Assembly: GCA_944392255.1 (NCBI GenBank)
Contig: CALXVY010000001.1
Coordinates: 47,367-111,366 of the forward strand
Direction of reading: 5' to 3'
From: an uncultured Alphaproteobacteria bacterium
Lineage (GTDB): Bacteria; Pseudomonadota; Alphaproteobacteria; RF32; CAG-239
Length of the DNA: 64,000 nt
A model generated the notes under the pieces. It had not been told where the DNA came from. It made no database searches and saw only the letters and a list, made by a program, of their open reading frames with translations. The position numbers and the translations under genes were made by a program. This document shows, one piece after another, positions 1 to 9,867 of the stretch. How positions within the stretch are numbered: position 1 is the first letter of the stretch; each line of letters starts with the position of its first letter.

Positions 1-775
1 CGAGTTGTTTAGAGAAAAACTCAGCATCTTCATCGGTTATATCCATCACTTCATTAACCAAAGATTTGTCATAAAATTCAGGCACAAAACCAGCGCCAAT
101 TCCAGGGATTTTATGTGCACCAGCTTGTCCTCCATTCAAAACCGCACTGGAAGCTGGTTCAACGGCAACCACATAAAAATCCGGATTATAAGTACGCAAA
201 GTAGAAGCAATGCCGGTTAAAGTACCGGAAGTTCCAACCGAGCAGACAAACGCATCAACTTCGCCGGCTGTATCTTCAATAATTTCAATACTGGTGGTAA
301 AACGATGCGCATCAGGATTTGCTTGATTTGAAAATTGACGCAAGAGAATAACATTCTCATTTTTTTCAGCCAACATATCAGCTTTGGCAATTGCGCCTTG
401 CATACCATCTTCTGCGGGGGTCAAAATGACCTCAGCACCAAAGTGACGCATCAACATAATACGTTCTTTGGTCATATTTTCCGGCATGGTAATAACAAGC
501 TTATACCCTTTGGCGGCGCAAATTCCAGCCAAACCGATACCGGTATTTCCGCTTGTAGCCTCAACAAAAACGGTTTCATCGGTAATTTTATGAGTTTTTT
601 CGGCTTGCTCTATCATATTCAAAGCCACACGATCTTTAATGGAAAAAAGTGGATTTAAAAATTCGCATTTTGCCAAAAGATGCGCTTTGACATGAAAATG
701 TTTTGCCAAGCGAGAAAGCCTTAACATAGGCGTTTTTCCGACGAGTTCGGTAACTGAATTATAAATTTTTTTCAT
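1..775 (-). CDS. cysK: Cysteine synthase (O-acetylserine thiol-lyase), 3' end outside window
   Basis: Manual translation from ATG at 775: MKKIYNSVTELVGKTPML...NPLFSIKDR (PLP Lys)...EATSGNTGIGLA...VGTSGT. Absent from the ORF track because it runs off the edge. Confidence 0.92.
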   Translation of the reverse strand, partial: MKKIYNSVTELVGKTPMLRLSRLAKHFHVKAHLLAKCEFLNPLFSIKDRVALNMIEQAEKTHKITDETVFVEATSGNTGIGLAGICAAKGYKLVITMPENMTKERIMLMRHFGAEVILTPAEDGMQGAIAKADMLAEKNENVILLRQFSNQANPDAHRFTTSIEIIEDTAGEVDAFVCSVGTSGTLTGIASTLRTYNPDFYVVAVEPASSAVLNGGQAGAHKIPGIGAGFVPEFYDKSLVNEVMDITDEDAEFFSKQL

Positions 776-885
776 AACATAACCTCAAAACCATTCTAAG
801 ATGTTCATAAAAGGCAATTTATACTTTTATTAGGATTAACATTGAACTACTATTAACACAAGTTTTAAAAACATAAAATAAAGAA

Positions 886-1440
886 ATGAATAAAAAACTA
901 AAAATAATTTTAAGTTTACTAATATTTTTCTCATCGGTTCAAACCGGACAAGCTGCCAGTTTGGATGAGATTTATCGTGACATAGTGAGAGATGACAATA
1001 GTGGCTATTTACCTATTTTTGTCAGAAACCGCAATCGTCCGGAATTATTATTTGAAGACAAACTTCCCAAAGAAGAAATAAAAACAGAAAAAAAACAAGA
1101 ACAGCCGATAGTCAAACTCATTGATGAAAGAAAAATAAAACAAGATGCCATCAAAGCTGAAGAAGAAAGATGGCAAAACACCATAAAAGCCATTCAAACC
1201 AACAATTTTACGGCTAAAGAATTAAAAATTTTAGATAAATATGTTGCAAAAGACAATGCCAAAGCCGTAGAGATAAAAGCTTGGATGTTAGCTAAAGGAC
1301 ATGGCGTAAAACCAAATTTGGTTGAATCTTTTTTACTTTATCGCAAAGCTGAAAAACTTGGCGTAAAAGATGCCAGAAAAAATGCCGCGCAAGTTTATCG
1401 CACCATGAACCGCGACCAAAGAGAAAGTTTAGCAAAATAA
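886..1440 (+). CDS. Exported protein with C-terminal Sel1-like repeat
   Basis: Signal peptide ending GQA-A; Sel1-like AWMLAKGHGVKPNLVESFLLYRKAEKLG. Confidence 0.65.
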   Translation: MNKKLKIILSLLIFFSSVQTGQAASLDEIYRDIVRDDNSGYLPIFVRNRNRPELLFEDKLPKEEIKTEKKQEQPIVKLIDERKIKQDAIKAEEERWQNTIKAIQTNNFTAKELKILDKYVAKDNAKAVEIKAWMLAKGHGVKPNLVESFLLYRKAEKLGVKDARKNAAQVYRTMNRDQRESLAK

Positions 1441-1443
1441 ACG

Positions 1444-1941
1444 TTATTTATTTCCAGCAAACAAATTTTGCACCGCCAACCAATGGGTATAATTAATTTT
1501 GACCTTTTGTGAAAGAATATCTTGAACATTCACCCATTCGGCTTTGCCATTTTCTGGTGTCTTCCATAAATTTTGATTTGTTTCAAAACCATAAGAAGAA
1601 GCATCATAAACAATAAACATCTGTTCATAAATGCAATAAACACCATTAGGTTTAGCATCATCGGCAAAATAATTAATGGTTTGAGAAAACTCTTTCATGC
1701 CATAATCAAGCATAAAATCTATACCTGTTTCTTCATAGAGTTTGCGATACAAACAATCTCTAAAATCTTCTCTTCTACTAATAGAACCACCTGGAAATTC
1801 CGGTAAATCCACTTGTGGCGGATAAGTTAGTAAAACTTTATCATCTTTAAGCAATATGGCAAAATAACCTTTTTGGTGCGTAGGAATAATATCTTCACCA
1901 TATTTTTGTTTACCATATCTGTCAAAATACATATTATTCAT
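1444..1941 (-). CDS. NUDIX-family hydrolase (degenerate box)
   Basis: FPGGSISRREDFRDCLYRKLYEETG resembles the Nudix box; overlaps the gmk stop. Confidence 0.75.
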   Translation of the reverse strand: MNNMYFDRYGKQKYGEDIIPTHQKGYFAILLKDDKVLLTYPPQVDLPEFPGGSISRREDFRDCLYRKLYEETGIDFMLDYGMKEFSQTINYFADDAKPNGVYCIYEQMFIVYDASSYGFETNQNLWKTPENGKAEWVNVQDILSQKVKINYTHWLAVQNLFAGNK

Positions 1942-2599
1942 GAGCAGAAGCTTCTTTGATAAGTTCGTTTACAAAATCATCTAAACCGGTTTGGCGCACG
2001 CGTTTCATACGTTCTCCTGAGATAATCTTTTGCACTTTGGCAATGGTTTCTTCCACATCGACATTAACAATCACATAATCAAACTCTTTCCAGTGGCTCA
2101 TTTTATCCAAAACCATTCCCATACGCTTATTAATTTGCTCTTGGCTGTCGGTTGCACGATGTTCCAAACGTTCACGCAAATCATGAATAGAAGGGGGCAA
2201 AAGGTAAATTGTTACCACATCATTTGGAGCTTTTTGACGCATTTGTCGCGCACCGACCCAATCCATATCAAAAAGCACGTCTTCTCCCACATTCAAAAAG
2301 CTATCAACTTCCGAGCGCAAAGTTCCGTACCTATTGCCATATTGAGAATCAACACATTCATAAAAAGCATCATCTTTCATATATTGATTATATTGTTCAT
2401 CAGAAATGAAATAATAATCCACTCCGTCAACTTCGCCTTCTCTTTTGGCGCGAGTTGTTACCGAAACCGAAAATTTGATATTAGGGTCACGTTTCAAAAT
2501 TTCTTTAGCAATCGTTCCTTTACCAACACCGGAAGGACCTTCAATAATAAACATGGCACCGCGGCGAACTTGTCTCAATTTTTCAATAATGGCATTCAT
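1934..2599 (-). CDS. gmk: Guanylate kinase
   Basis: GPSGVGKGT P-loop, SVSVTTRAKREGEVDGVDYYF, YGT motif. Confidence 0.97.
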   Translation of the reverse strand: MNAIIEKLRQVRRGAMFIIEGPSGVGKGTIAKEILKRDPNIKFSVSVTTRAKREGEVDGVDYYFISDEQYNQYMKDDAFYECVDSQYGNRYGTLRSEVDSFLNVGEDVLFDMDWVGARQMRQKAPNDVVTIYLLPPSIHDLRERLEHRATDSQEQINKRMGMVLDKMSHWKEFDYVIVNVDVEETIAKVQKIISGERMKRVRQTGLDDFVNELIKEASAHE

Positions 2600-2610
2600 A
2601 TCATTTCTCT

Positions 2611-3519
2611 CTATTCAATATTTTGTACTTGCTCTCTGAATTGTTCTATTAAAGTTTTTAAATCCATTCCATAATTTGTCAATTCAATATCGCAAGATTT
2701 TGAACATGTTGTATTAGCTTCACGATTAAGTTCCTGACACAAAAAGTCTAGTCTGCGACCAACCGGCTCATTCAAAGCGAGTAAATTTTGTGCTGTTGCA
2801 ATATGGGCTTTCAGGCGATCAACTTCTTCTTGAATATCCGCTTTGGCAACATACATAGCCACTTCTTGCGCCAGTCTGTCTTCTGAAACCGGATTTGTCG
2901 GATCAAGAAGCAAATCAATTTGTGCTTGCAAACGCGCTTTAAGTTTTTCTGGTTGCGTTTTAGCAAAAGCATCAACTTTGGCAACAATTGAGGAGATATT
3001 TTGCAAAATATCCATCAAAGCTTGTTTGATTTTCTCGCCTTCTTCTTTTCTGTCGTGCTGTAGTTTTTGGCAAGTTTCTTCAAAGCTTGCAAGCAAAGAC
3101 TTAACCAACATATCTGTTTCTTCTTCATTCAAAGAAACATCTTCGGTTTCACACACGCCTTTAATAGCCAATAATTCAGAAGTTGTCGGTTTTTGCAAAA
3201 CATCAATATGCGCTTGATATAACTCGATTGCTTTTGCAGTCAGAGATTGGAGTAAATCTTCATTAATTTTTAGTTGTTGATTTGCAACATTTGAAGACAA
3301 ATCCAAATAAAGAGAAAAACTACCGCGTGCAAAATATTTCATTAAAATATTTTTACAAGGTAAAGCCAAGGCGCTATCAAGCCAAGCCGGAACTTTCATT
3401 TTAATATCAATGGCTTTGTTGTTCACGCTTTTCACTTCCCAAAACCAAGTAAAACTCATTTTATCAAATTGAAATTCGTCATTTTTACGAGAAAAACCGG
3501 TCATACTTGCAATTGTCAA
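2611..3519 (-). CDS. yicC: YicC/YloC family endoribonuclease
   Basis: SMTGF N-terminus, EVKSVN, GRRLDFLCQELNREANT, REQVQNIE; conserved position upstream of gmk. Confidence 0.95.
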   Translation of the reverse strand: MTIASMTGFSRKNDEFQFDKMSFTWFWEVKSVNNKAIDIKMKVPAWLDSALALPCKNILMKYFARGSFSLYLDLSSNVANQQLKINEDLLQSLTAKAIELYQAHIDVLQKPTTSELLAIKGVCETEDVSLNEEETDMLVKSLLASFEETCQKLQHDRKEEGEKIKQALMDILQNISSIVAKVDAFAKTQPEKLKARLQAQIDLLLDPTNPVSEDRLAQEVAMYVAKADIQEEVDRLKAHIATAQNLLALNEPVGRRLDFLCQELNREANTTCSKSCDIELTNYGMDLKTLIEQFREQVQNIE

Positions 3520-3599
3520 AGCAACCTCCTTAAACTTTTTATTAGCATTTACTTATTATAATTTCCAATCGTTAATACTAATTTAAGGAAAAAAACAAA

Positions 3600-4490
3600 A
3601 TGCAAAACCGCAATTTAAATATTTTAATAACCGGAGCATCTTCCGGTATTGGTGAAGCTTTGGCAATATACTATGCCCAAACCAGAGCCAAAAATTTATT
3701 TATCTGCGGAAGAAATCCCGACCGGCTTAAGATTGTAGAAAACAAATGTCGCAACTTTGGTAGTGTTGTCTATAGTAAAATTGTTGATGTAACAGATAAA
3801 GAAACCATGTTAGAGTGGATAAAAGAATGTAATAACATTGCCGAATTAAACTTAGTGATTGCCAATGCCGGTATTGGCGTAATAAACGAAACCAATCAGG
3901 CAATTTATGATACGTTTAATACCAACGTCAATGGTGTATTGAACACTGTTTTGCCAACCATAGACATTTATAAAAATAATATTATTAAAGCCAAAAAAGA
4001 AACCTCTTCTTTAGACCGCTTCATCACCAATATGAAAAACAAAAAGCAAGCCTTTTATATCCCCTTCTGGGATAAAATTCGCTTAGGCCAAAAAGGCAAC
4101 GAGTTTTATCATTTACATAATCATAGCATTGCCATTGTCAGCTCCATTGCCGGTTACCATGGTTTGGCAACCTGTCCGGCTTATAGCGCAACAAAAGCCT
4201 GCGTCAAAGCTTGGGGAGAAGCTTTGCGCGTAAAACTCCGTCCTTCTGGAATTAATGTCAGCATCATCTGCCCCGGATTTGTTCGCTCACGCATCACCGA
4301 TAAAAACACTTGCCCCATGCCTTTTTTCATGGAAGGAGAACAAGCCGCAAAAATCATTGCCGATGGTATAGCTAAAAACAAAGGTATCATTGCTTTTCCA
4401 TGGCAACTTAGATTCGCCACTTGGCTGGTTTCCATTTTGCCCAATTGGCTGAGTGATAAAATCTATGCTAAATTACCAGATAAAGCCTAA
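3600..4490 (+). CDS. SDR family NAD(P)-dependent oxidoreductase
   Basis: ITGASSGIG, ANAG, catalytic YSATK, CPGFV. Confidence 0.93.
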   Translation: MQNRNLNILITGASSGIGEALAIYYAQTRAKNLFICGRNPDRLKIVENKCRNFGSVVYSKIVDVTDKETMLEWIKECNNIAELNLVIANAGIGVINETNQAIYDTFNTNVNGVLNTVLPTIDIYKNNIIKAKKETSSLDRFITNMKNKKQAFYIPFWDKIRLGQKGNEFYHLHNHSIAIVSSIAGYHGLATCPAYSATKACVKAWGEALRVKLRPSGINVSIICPGFVRSRITDKNTCPMPFFMEGEQAAKIIADGIAKNKGIIAFPWQLRFATWLVSILPNWLSDKIYAKLPDKA

Positions 4491-4491
4491 A

Positions 4492-4520
4492 GAAAAAGCG
4501 GAGATTTTCTCCGCTTTTTC
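4492..4520. terminator. Bidirectional intrinsic terminator between SDR and kpsC-like gene
   Basis: gaaaaagcggag-atttt-ctccgctttttc perfect inverted repeat between convergent stops. Confidence 0.8.
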
Positions 4521-5705
4521 CTAAAAATCAGCCCTAATATTATTTTCCTTAAAATATTGATTGCGACATTCAAACAAATAATCCACCGCTTCATCAATTG
4601 AACAAGCTTTTTGAGTTTTTGGATTAACATAATGAGAATACCATACATAACTATAATAAAAAAGCTCTTCTAATGTCCTTCTTTTAGCGCGACGTTTTTT
4701 AAGTTCTGGTGTTTGAAACCACGGGTGTCTGTCGATAGTCACACCCCAACCGGCATAAAATGGTGTTCCATAGGTTATCACCTCTTTACCACACATCAAA
4801 GCTTCAAAGCCCATACCAGAAGACCAAACATACACTTTATCTACATTTTTTAAAACAACAATCGGATTAATATTTTCTGCAAATAAAATTACATTCGGAT
4901 AATGTGTATTATCCAAAGAATAAAATCCCTTTGCCCGTTTTTTTCTTTGAACCAAAGCATCTGGATGAACTTTCACAAAAATCAAACTATTAGGATTTTC
5001 TTTAACAGCATCGAAAAGCATTCTATCAAAATCTTTTTGCTTACCATTTCCGCCAAAAATAATTGAATAATCTCCGAAAGATTGGTCAATTATTAAAACC
5101 TTATTTTGTTTTGTTTGCAAAATCTCAGGAATATAAATTGGTTGGTGATTATATTTGGTAATATAATTATCAACAATTTTTTGCATAGATTTTTTAGACT
5201 GAGCTAAGATTACATCATCTAATTTTTCTTCAGAATTAAGTTTTTGTTCCAATCTGGAAATATATGCTCCGCAAAAATGCGTTGCCATATCATCAATCGT
5301 AAAAGAGATGGCTGTTCGAGCTTCTTTAGGAGCATTCTTGTCGGCCGCTGTTGTTACTGAACGTAAAAAACTATCTTCAGCAATAAAACAACGTTTGTTT
5401 TTCAAAATAAAACGAAAAAGGCGGTTCATCCCCCATTTGAAACACACATCAGCATCTTTTTTTTGCTCTACTATTGGATTTTTAGGAAAAGCATTTTTAA
5501 TATATTTACATTCATCATCCTCTAAAGACCAATATATTTTTTCATTTGGTAAAATATCAAACTTTTTATCAATATTTTTTTGGGCATATTTCAAAAAAAG
5601 TTTAGCACCTTCAATATTAATAATTTTCTTAAATTTATTTTTTAGTTTTGTATTAAAAATCAAAATATTAAACAAATAAATAAATTTTAACATCCATATT
5701 TTCAT
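4521..5705 (-). CDS. KpsC/KpsS-like capsular polysaccharide beta-Kdo transferase (single GT107-type domain)
   Basis: AEDSFLRS, KVHPD and SSGMGFEALMCGKEVITYGTPFYAGWG match KpsC-family motifs; AT-rich, stand-alone. Confidence 0.8.
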   Translation of the reverse strand: MKIWMLKFIYLFNILIFNTKLKNKFKKIINIEGAKLFLKYAQKNIDKKFDILPNEKIYWSLEDDECKYIKNAFPKNPIVEQKKDADVCFKWGMNRLFRFILKNKRCFIAEDSFLRSVTTAADKNAPKEARTAISFTIDDMATHFCGAYISRLEQKLNSEEKLDDVILAQSKKSMQKIVDNYITKYNHQPIYIPEILQTKQNKVLIIDQSFGDYSIIFGGNGKQKDFDRMLFDAVKENPNSLIFVKVHPDALVQRKKRAKGFYSLDNTHYPNVILFAENINPIVVLKNVDKVYVWSSGMGFEALMCGKEVITYGTPFYAGWGVTIDRHPWFQTPELKKRRAKRRTLEELFYYSYVWYSHYVNPKTQKACSIDEAVDYLFECRNQYFKENNIRADF

Positions 5706-5729
5706 GATTCTTCCTTTCCTGTTAAAAAC

Positions 5730-5965
5730 AAAAAAACCACCTTCGGAAAGGTGGCCGGAGAGTTAAGAAATCATACCCACAGATGTGACCGTTTTTGCCT
5801 TTAAATCAAAGATTCTGAACATACGCAAAAACCTCCCCGACCAATAAATAAAATCGGGGATATAATTATCTGCTCTATATTCATCTGAATATAAAGCAAA
5901 CTGACGATATATATCCAATACCGCTGTGAGTAGGGCTTCTTACGACCCCGAACCGTCTCCGGTTC
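5730..5965 (-). ncRNA. C4-antisense-like structured leader with a1b1-type target and overlapping terminator (copy A)
   Basis: Minus strand: gaaccg-GAGA-cggttc (5950-5965); a hairpin gggtcgtaagaagccc; b box tactcacag; closing stem tggtcggggag (5833-5843)/ctctccggcca (5752-5762) enclosing ctgtgggta and tttcttaa; terminator ccacctt-tccg-aaggtgg-T7. Confidence 0.7.
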
Positions 5966-5999
5966 TAATCAACAACACCATTGTTTATTGACTGCTTAC

Positions 6000-6028
6000 A
6001 ATGTAGAAGATTAAAAAAAAGATTTCAA
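6000..6028 (-). promoter_or_regulatory. Putative sigma70 promoter of leader A
   Basis: TTGAAA (6023-6028), 17 bp, TACATT (6000-6005) on minus strand. Confidence 0.5.
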
Positions 6029-6047
6029 TAAAATAAAATCAGGCTTT

Positions 6048-7322
6048 TTATTTTTTTAATTTTTTTTGCAAATAAAACAAAATCAAAAGCCCCGGAAGCG
6101 CCATTAATGTAGTTATAATAAAGAACATACTCCATCCCGTCACTTTGACCAGCGCGCCGGAAGTTGAAGCCAGTAAATCTCTTGCCAAAGACATAAAAGA
6201 AGAAAGAAGCGCATATTGCGTTGCCGTATACGCTGTATTACAAAGAGAAGAAATATAAGCCACAAACGCAGTTGTGCTCATTCCTCCGGCCAAATTATCG
6301 AGAGAAACTGTCCCCATTAGCAAATATAAATCATTACCGGCATGAGCCTGCCAAACATACATCAAAGTTGTCAAACCTTGAAGAATGCTTCCGAGATACA
6401 AACTTTTAACAATACCGAAACGATTAACAATCACTCCACCCAAAATTCCGCCGATAATTGTTGCCGCCATACCATAAAACTTAGTAACAAAAGCAATCTG
6501 CCCTTTAGTAAAGCCCATTGCATCATAAAAAGGCATAGTCATCGGCACCATATAGGCATCGCAAAGCTTATAAAACATTACAAAAAGCAAAACCACAAAC
6601 CAAGACGGACGGGTGATAAAATCAGCTATCGGACTTTTAATCGCCGTTTGATAAAAGTTTTTCAATCTTTGGATAAAACTACCTTCAAATTTAAGTTTCT
6701 GCTCTTTACTTTTCTGTGGTTCACGTGAACATAAAATCGTTACCACACCCAAAACAGCACCCAAAGCCATGCAAACATAAACTTCATTCCATGTTAAAAT
6801 GGTTGCTAAAAGTAAAGCCACAGCACCTGAGAAAACCGAACCTATACGATATCCCAAAATAAACATGGCCGTACCCGCCGCTTGGTCACGATTATCAAAA
6901 CTCTCCACACGATAAGCATCAAGAACAATATCTTGCGTAGCCGAAGCAAAAACGGTTAAAAGAGCCAAAAACATCATCAAATAAACCGATTGTGCCGGCT
7001 CGACCGAAGCCATACTTAAAATGGCTAAAAGCAAAAATATTTGCGAAAAAACGGCCCAACCGCGACGACGCCCGAGTTTTGAAAATAAAGGAATATTAAA
7101 TCTATCCACCAGAGGCGACCAGAGCCATTTGAAACTATACGGCGTTTTAACCAAAGAAAACAGGCCAATCATCTCAAGCCCGACGCCGGAATCTGTCAAC
7201 CACAGAGCCAAAGTCCCGCTTACAAGTAAAAACGGAAAACCGCTGGAAAAACCCAAGCCAATCATTGTCAGCATGCGCCAATCAAAATAAACAGCTAAAG
7301 AATTTTTCCAATTTTGAATCAT
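6048..7322 (-). CDS. ampG: AmpG family muropeptide MFS transporter
   Basis: LGFSSGFP, FKWLWSPLVDR, GRRRGW, SATQDIVLDAYR, TATQYALLSS; start taken at MIQNW (7322). Confidence 0.92.
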   Translation of the reverse strand: MIQNWKNSLAVYFDWRMLTMIGLGFSSGFPFLLVSGTLALWLTDSGVGLEMIGLFSLVKTPYSFKWLWSPLVDRFNIPLFSKLGRRRGWAVFSQIFLLLAILSMASVEPAQSVYLMMFLALLTVFASATQDIVLDAYRVESFDNRDQAAGTAMFILGYRIGSVFSGAVALLLATILTWNEVYVCMALGAVLGVVTILCSREPQKSKEQKLKFEGSFIQRLKNFYQTAIKSPIADFITRPSWFVVLLFVMFYKLCDAYMVPMTMPFYDAMGFTKGQIAFVTKFYGMAATIIGGILGGVIVNRFGIVKSLYLGSILQGLTTLMYVWQAHAGNDLYLLMGTVSLDNLAGGMSTTAFVAYISSLCNTAYTATQYALLSSFMSLARDLLASTSGALVKVTGWSMFFIITTLMALPGLLILFYLQKKLKK

Positions 7323-7370
7323 ATTAACTACCTCTAAACTCAAACATAACATTAAGATGTTAAATAAATC

Positions 7371-7401
7371 ATAATGGCCGATTATAAAAATCGGCCATTA
7401 T
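7371..7401. terminator. Hairpin downstream of secB
   Basis: ataatggccgatt-ataaa-aatcggccattat inverted repeat. Confidence 0.6.
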
Positions 7402-7419
7402 AAAAACACTGTATTTAAA

Positions 7420-7887
7420 CTAATTTTTTTGTTGTGCTGCGTGTTTTTTAGCTTGGAACAATGCAGCAAAATCAATCGGGTTCAACATAAACGGTGGCAA
7501 ACCGGCCTCTGTTAAAGAGGTTGTAATAACTTGACGTGCAAAAGGAAACAAGAGTCTTGGAATTTCAATCATCAAAACAGGCTCAATATGTTCTTGCGGA
7601 ATATTAAGCTGAACGACAGCCGAATAAGTTAATTCAATAATAAAAAACTTTTTATCTTCCGCATCACCATTAATGGTAAAAACCAAATCCACATTAAAAT
7701 AATTTTCTTCCAAAGGGCGAGCATTAACATCGACATTAACATTCACATCAGGATTTTTCTTAATTTCTTTAAAAATTTCCGGAGCATAAGGAATTTCTAA
7801 AGAAAAATCTTTAATATATTGATTATTTATCACAATAGCCGGCAATTGTTGTTTGTTTTCATTTTGCGGCTGATTATCTTGTTGCAT
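7420..7887 (-). CDS. secB: Protein-export chaperone SecB
   Basis: QYIKDFSLEIP, PRLLFPFAR, LNPIDFAALF. Confidence 0.96.
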   Translation of the reverse strand: MQQDNQPQNENKQQLPAIVINNQYIKDFSLEIPYAPEIFKEIKKNPDVNVNVDVNARPLEENYFNVDLVFTINGDAEDKKFFIIELTYSAVVQLNIPQEHIEPVLMIEIPRLLFPFARQVITTSLTEAGLPPFMLNPIDFAALFQAKKHAAQQKN

Positions 7888-8059
7888 AGTTCTCTCCTCA
7901 ACAACATTAAAACTGAAATTATATCAAAATTACACTCAAAAAATGCATAGGTCAATTTTATTTAGATATTTTTTTAATAAAGATAATTTATATTGCTAAG
8001 AACTGAAAAAATACTTATATATATAATATAAAAATATTTTATAAGGAAGAAAGCAAACC

Positions 8060-8710
8060 ATGGGACAATATTTAGATATTATCATTCTTTTATTAGTTGT
8101 TTTATTTATCTTTCAGCGTTTAAAATCTGTCTTAGGAACAAGACCACATGGTGAAAGCACAAAATTATCAGATGAAAGTGCTGCCAAGATTTTTGACATC
8201 ATCATGAAAGAAGCCGAAAAAAACAAACTTTCTGAAGAACAAAAAGACAATATCAAAGATATAAACTTAACCGAAGCCCAAAAAACCTTAGCCAAAATAC
8301 CAAACTTTGAAGAAAAAAACTTTTTAACCGGTGCTAAAAAAGCCTTTGAAATTATCTTAACCGCCTTTAGCAAAGCTGATTTAGAAACCTTAGAAATGTT
8401 GGTCAACAAAACCATTTATAACAAGTTTAAGGATATTATCGAAAAAAGAAAAGAAGAAGGCATAACTGCCGAGTTAGACTTCATTGGTTTTGACAAGGCA
8501 GAAATTGTTGATGCCAAAATCAGCAAAAACAATGTTGCAAAAATCACGGTAGAATTCATTTCTCAGCAAGTAAATTTGCTCAAAGATAAAGAAGAAAAAA
8601 TAATAGAAGGCGATGATCAATACATTCAAACCATCACAGATAAATGGACTTTTGAAAAAGCCATCACGTCAACCAACCCCAATTGGATACTTGTTTCAAC
8701 AAAGAAATAA
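8060..8710 (+). CDS. Tim44/TimA family adaptor protein
   Basis: RLKSVLGTR, FLTGAKKAFEII, DKWTFEK...NPNW; conserved secB/timA/mltA/smr synteny. Confidence 0.9.
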   Translation: MGQYLDIIILLLVVLFIFQRLKSVLGTRPHGESTKLSDESAAKIFDIIMKEAEKNKLSEEQKDNIKDINLTEAQKTLAKIPNFEEKNFLTGAKKAFEIILTAFSKADLETLEMLVNKTIYNKFKDIIEKRKEEGITAELDFIGFDKAEIVDAKISKNNVAKITVEFISQQVNLLKDKEEKIIEGDDQYIQTITDKWTFEKAITSTNPNWILVSTKK

Positions 8711-8714
8711 AAAT

Positions 8715-9866
8715 ATGAAAAAAATTGCTTATATATTCGGACTATGCTTCATTTTAATTTCTTGTGGAGAAGAAACATCCACACCAACAAGCATGGAAGA
8801 TTTAAATTTGAAAAAAAGCAATTATTCAGATTTAAGCAATTGGAAAAAAGATGATATACAAGACGCCATAAAAGCGTTCAAAAAATCTTGTCAAAAAATA
8901 AAAGATAATAAAAACGAATATATTGATAAAAAAGCCGCTATAAAAATTTCTACCAAAGACTATCAAAAGCTTTGTCGCCAAATAACTGAAATTCGTCCTA
9001 CCAAATATAAAGAATTCATAGAACAAAACTTCACTCCCTATTTGGTTGAATATAAAGGTTCTTCTGAAGGAAAATTCACCTCTTATTATGAGGCCGAACT
9101 TCACGCTTCTTATCATAAATCAGATAAATATAAATATCCTGTTTACGGTCGCCCTTATGATATGATAGAACTTAACTTACAAGATTTTGACAAAAGCCTT
9201 CCCAACAAAAGGTTAGTTGGTCGCATCAAAGGCAATACTTTTATCCCTTATTATACCAGAGCCGAAATCCATGATAAGCCATTAAATGCTCCAATTATTT
9301 TGTGGGGAGATAATGAAGTTGATATTTATGTCATGCAAATTCAAGGTTCTGCCGTTGCCAAAATGGAAGACGGCTCATATATCCGCATTGGCTATACAGA
9401 TAACAATGGTCAAGAATTCAAAGGTATAGGCAGTATATTATTAGAAGAAAAACTCATCAAACCCGGACAAGCTTCCATGGGCAAAATAAAAAAATGGCTC
9501 AAAGAAAATCCGGATAAAGCTATTGAACCAATGAACAAAAACAAACGTTATGTCTTTCATCGTTTAGTTAATGCCGATGGACCAATCGGAGCTCAAGGTG
9601 TTTCATTAACCTCTGGCAGAAGCTTAGCTGTTGACCGCACATATATTCCTTTAGGTGCTTTATTATGGTTAGAAACAACCGGTCCTGATAAAGAAAACAT
9701 CAACAAACTAGTCGTTGCTCAAGATATCGGCGGAGCCATTAAAGGAGCTGTTCGAGGAGATTATTTCTGGGGCAGCGGTGGAGATGAAATTTTAGAAAAA
9801 GCCGGAAGAATGCATGCCAAAGGCAAATATTATATACTTATACCCAACTCAACTGAGGTAAAATAA
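8715..9866 (+). CDS. mltA: Membrane-bound lytic murein transglycosylase A
   Basis: Lipobox LISC, FTSYYE, MQIQGS, SLAVD, AQDIGGAIKGAVRGDYFWG; start moved to ATG at 8715. Confidence 0.93.
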   Translation: MKKIAYIFGLCFILISCGEETSTPTSMEDLNLKKSNYSDLSNWKKDDIQDAIKAFKKSCQKIKDNKNEYIDKKAAIKISTKDYQKLCRQITEIRPTKYKEFIEQNFTPYLVEYKGSSEGKFTSYYEAELHASYHKSDKYKYPVYGRPYDMIELNLQDFDKSLPNKRLVGRIKGNTFIPYYTRAEIHDKPLNAPIILWGDNEVDIYVMQIQGSAVAKMEDGSYIRIGYTDNNGQEFKGIGSILLEEKLIKPGQASMGKIKKWLKENPDKAIEPMNKNKRYVFHRLVNADGPIGAQGVSLTSGRSLAVDRTYIPLGALLWLETTGPDKENINKLVVAQDIGGAIKGAVRGDYFWGSGGDEILEKAGRMHAKGKYYILIPNSTEVK

Positions 9867-9867
9867 A

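Noticed and set aside
217-408. Possible frameshift in cysK suggested by the 63-aa minus-strand ORF
   Set aside because: Manual translation shows the cysK frame continues through GAEVILTPAEDGMQGAIAKA; the ORF is an alternate frame.
5730-5965. The three leaders as tRNAs, T-boxes or known riboswitches
   Set aside because: No TTCRA T-loop or anticodon arm, no T-box sequence, no recognisable aptamer consensus; primary sequence is not conserved among copies whereas internal complementarity is.
6719-6730. GTTCACGTGAAC palindrome in ampG as a third parS
   Set aside because: Each arm is one base short of the GTTTCAC consensus, so spacing is wrong; probably chance.
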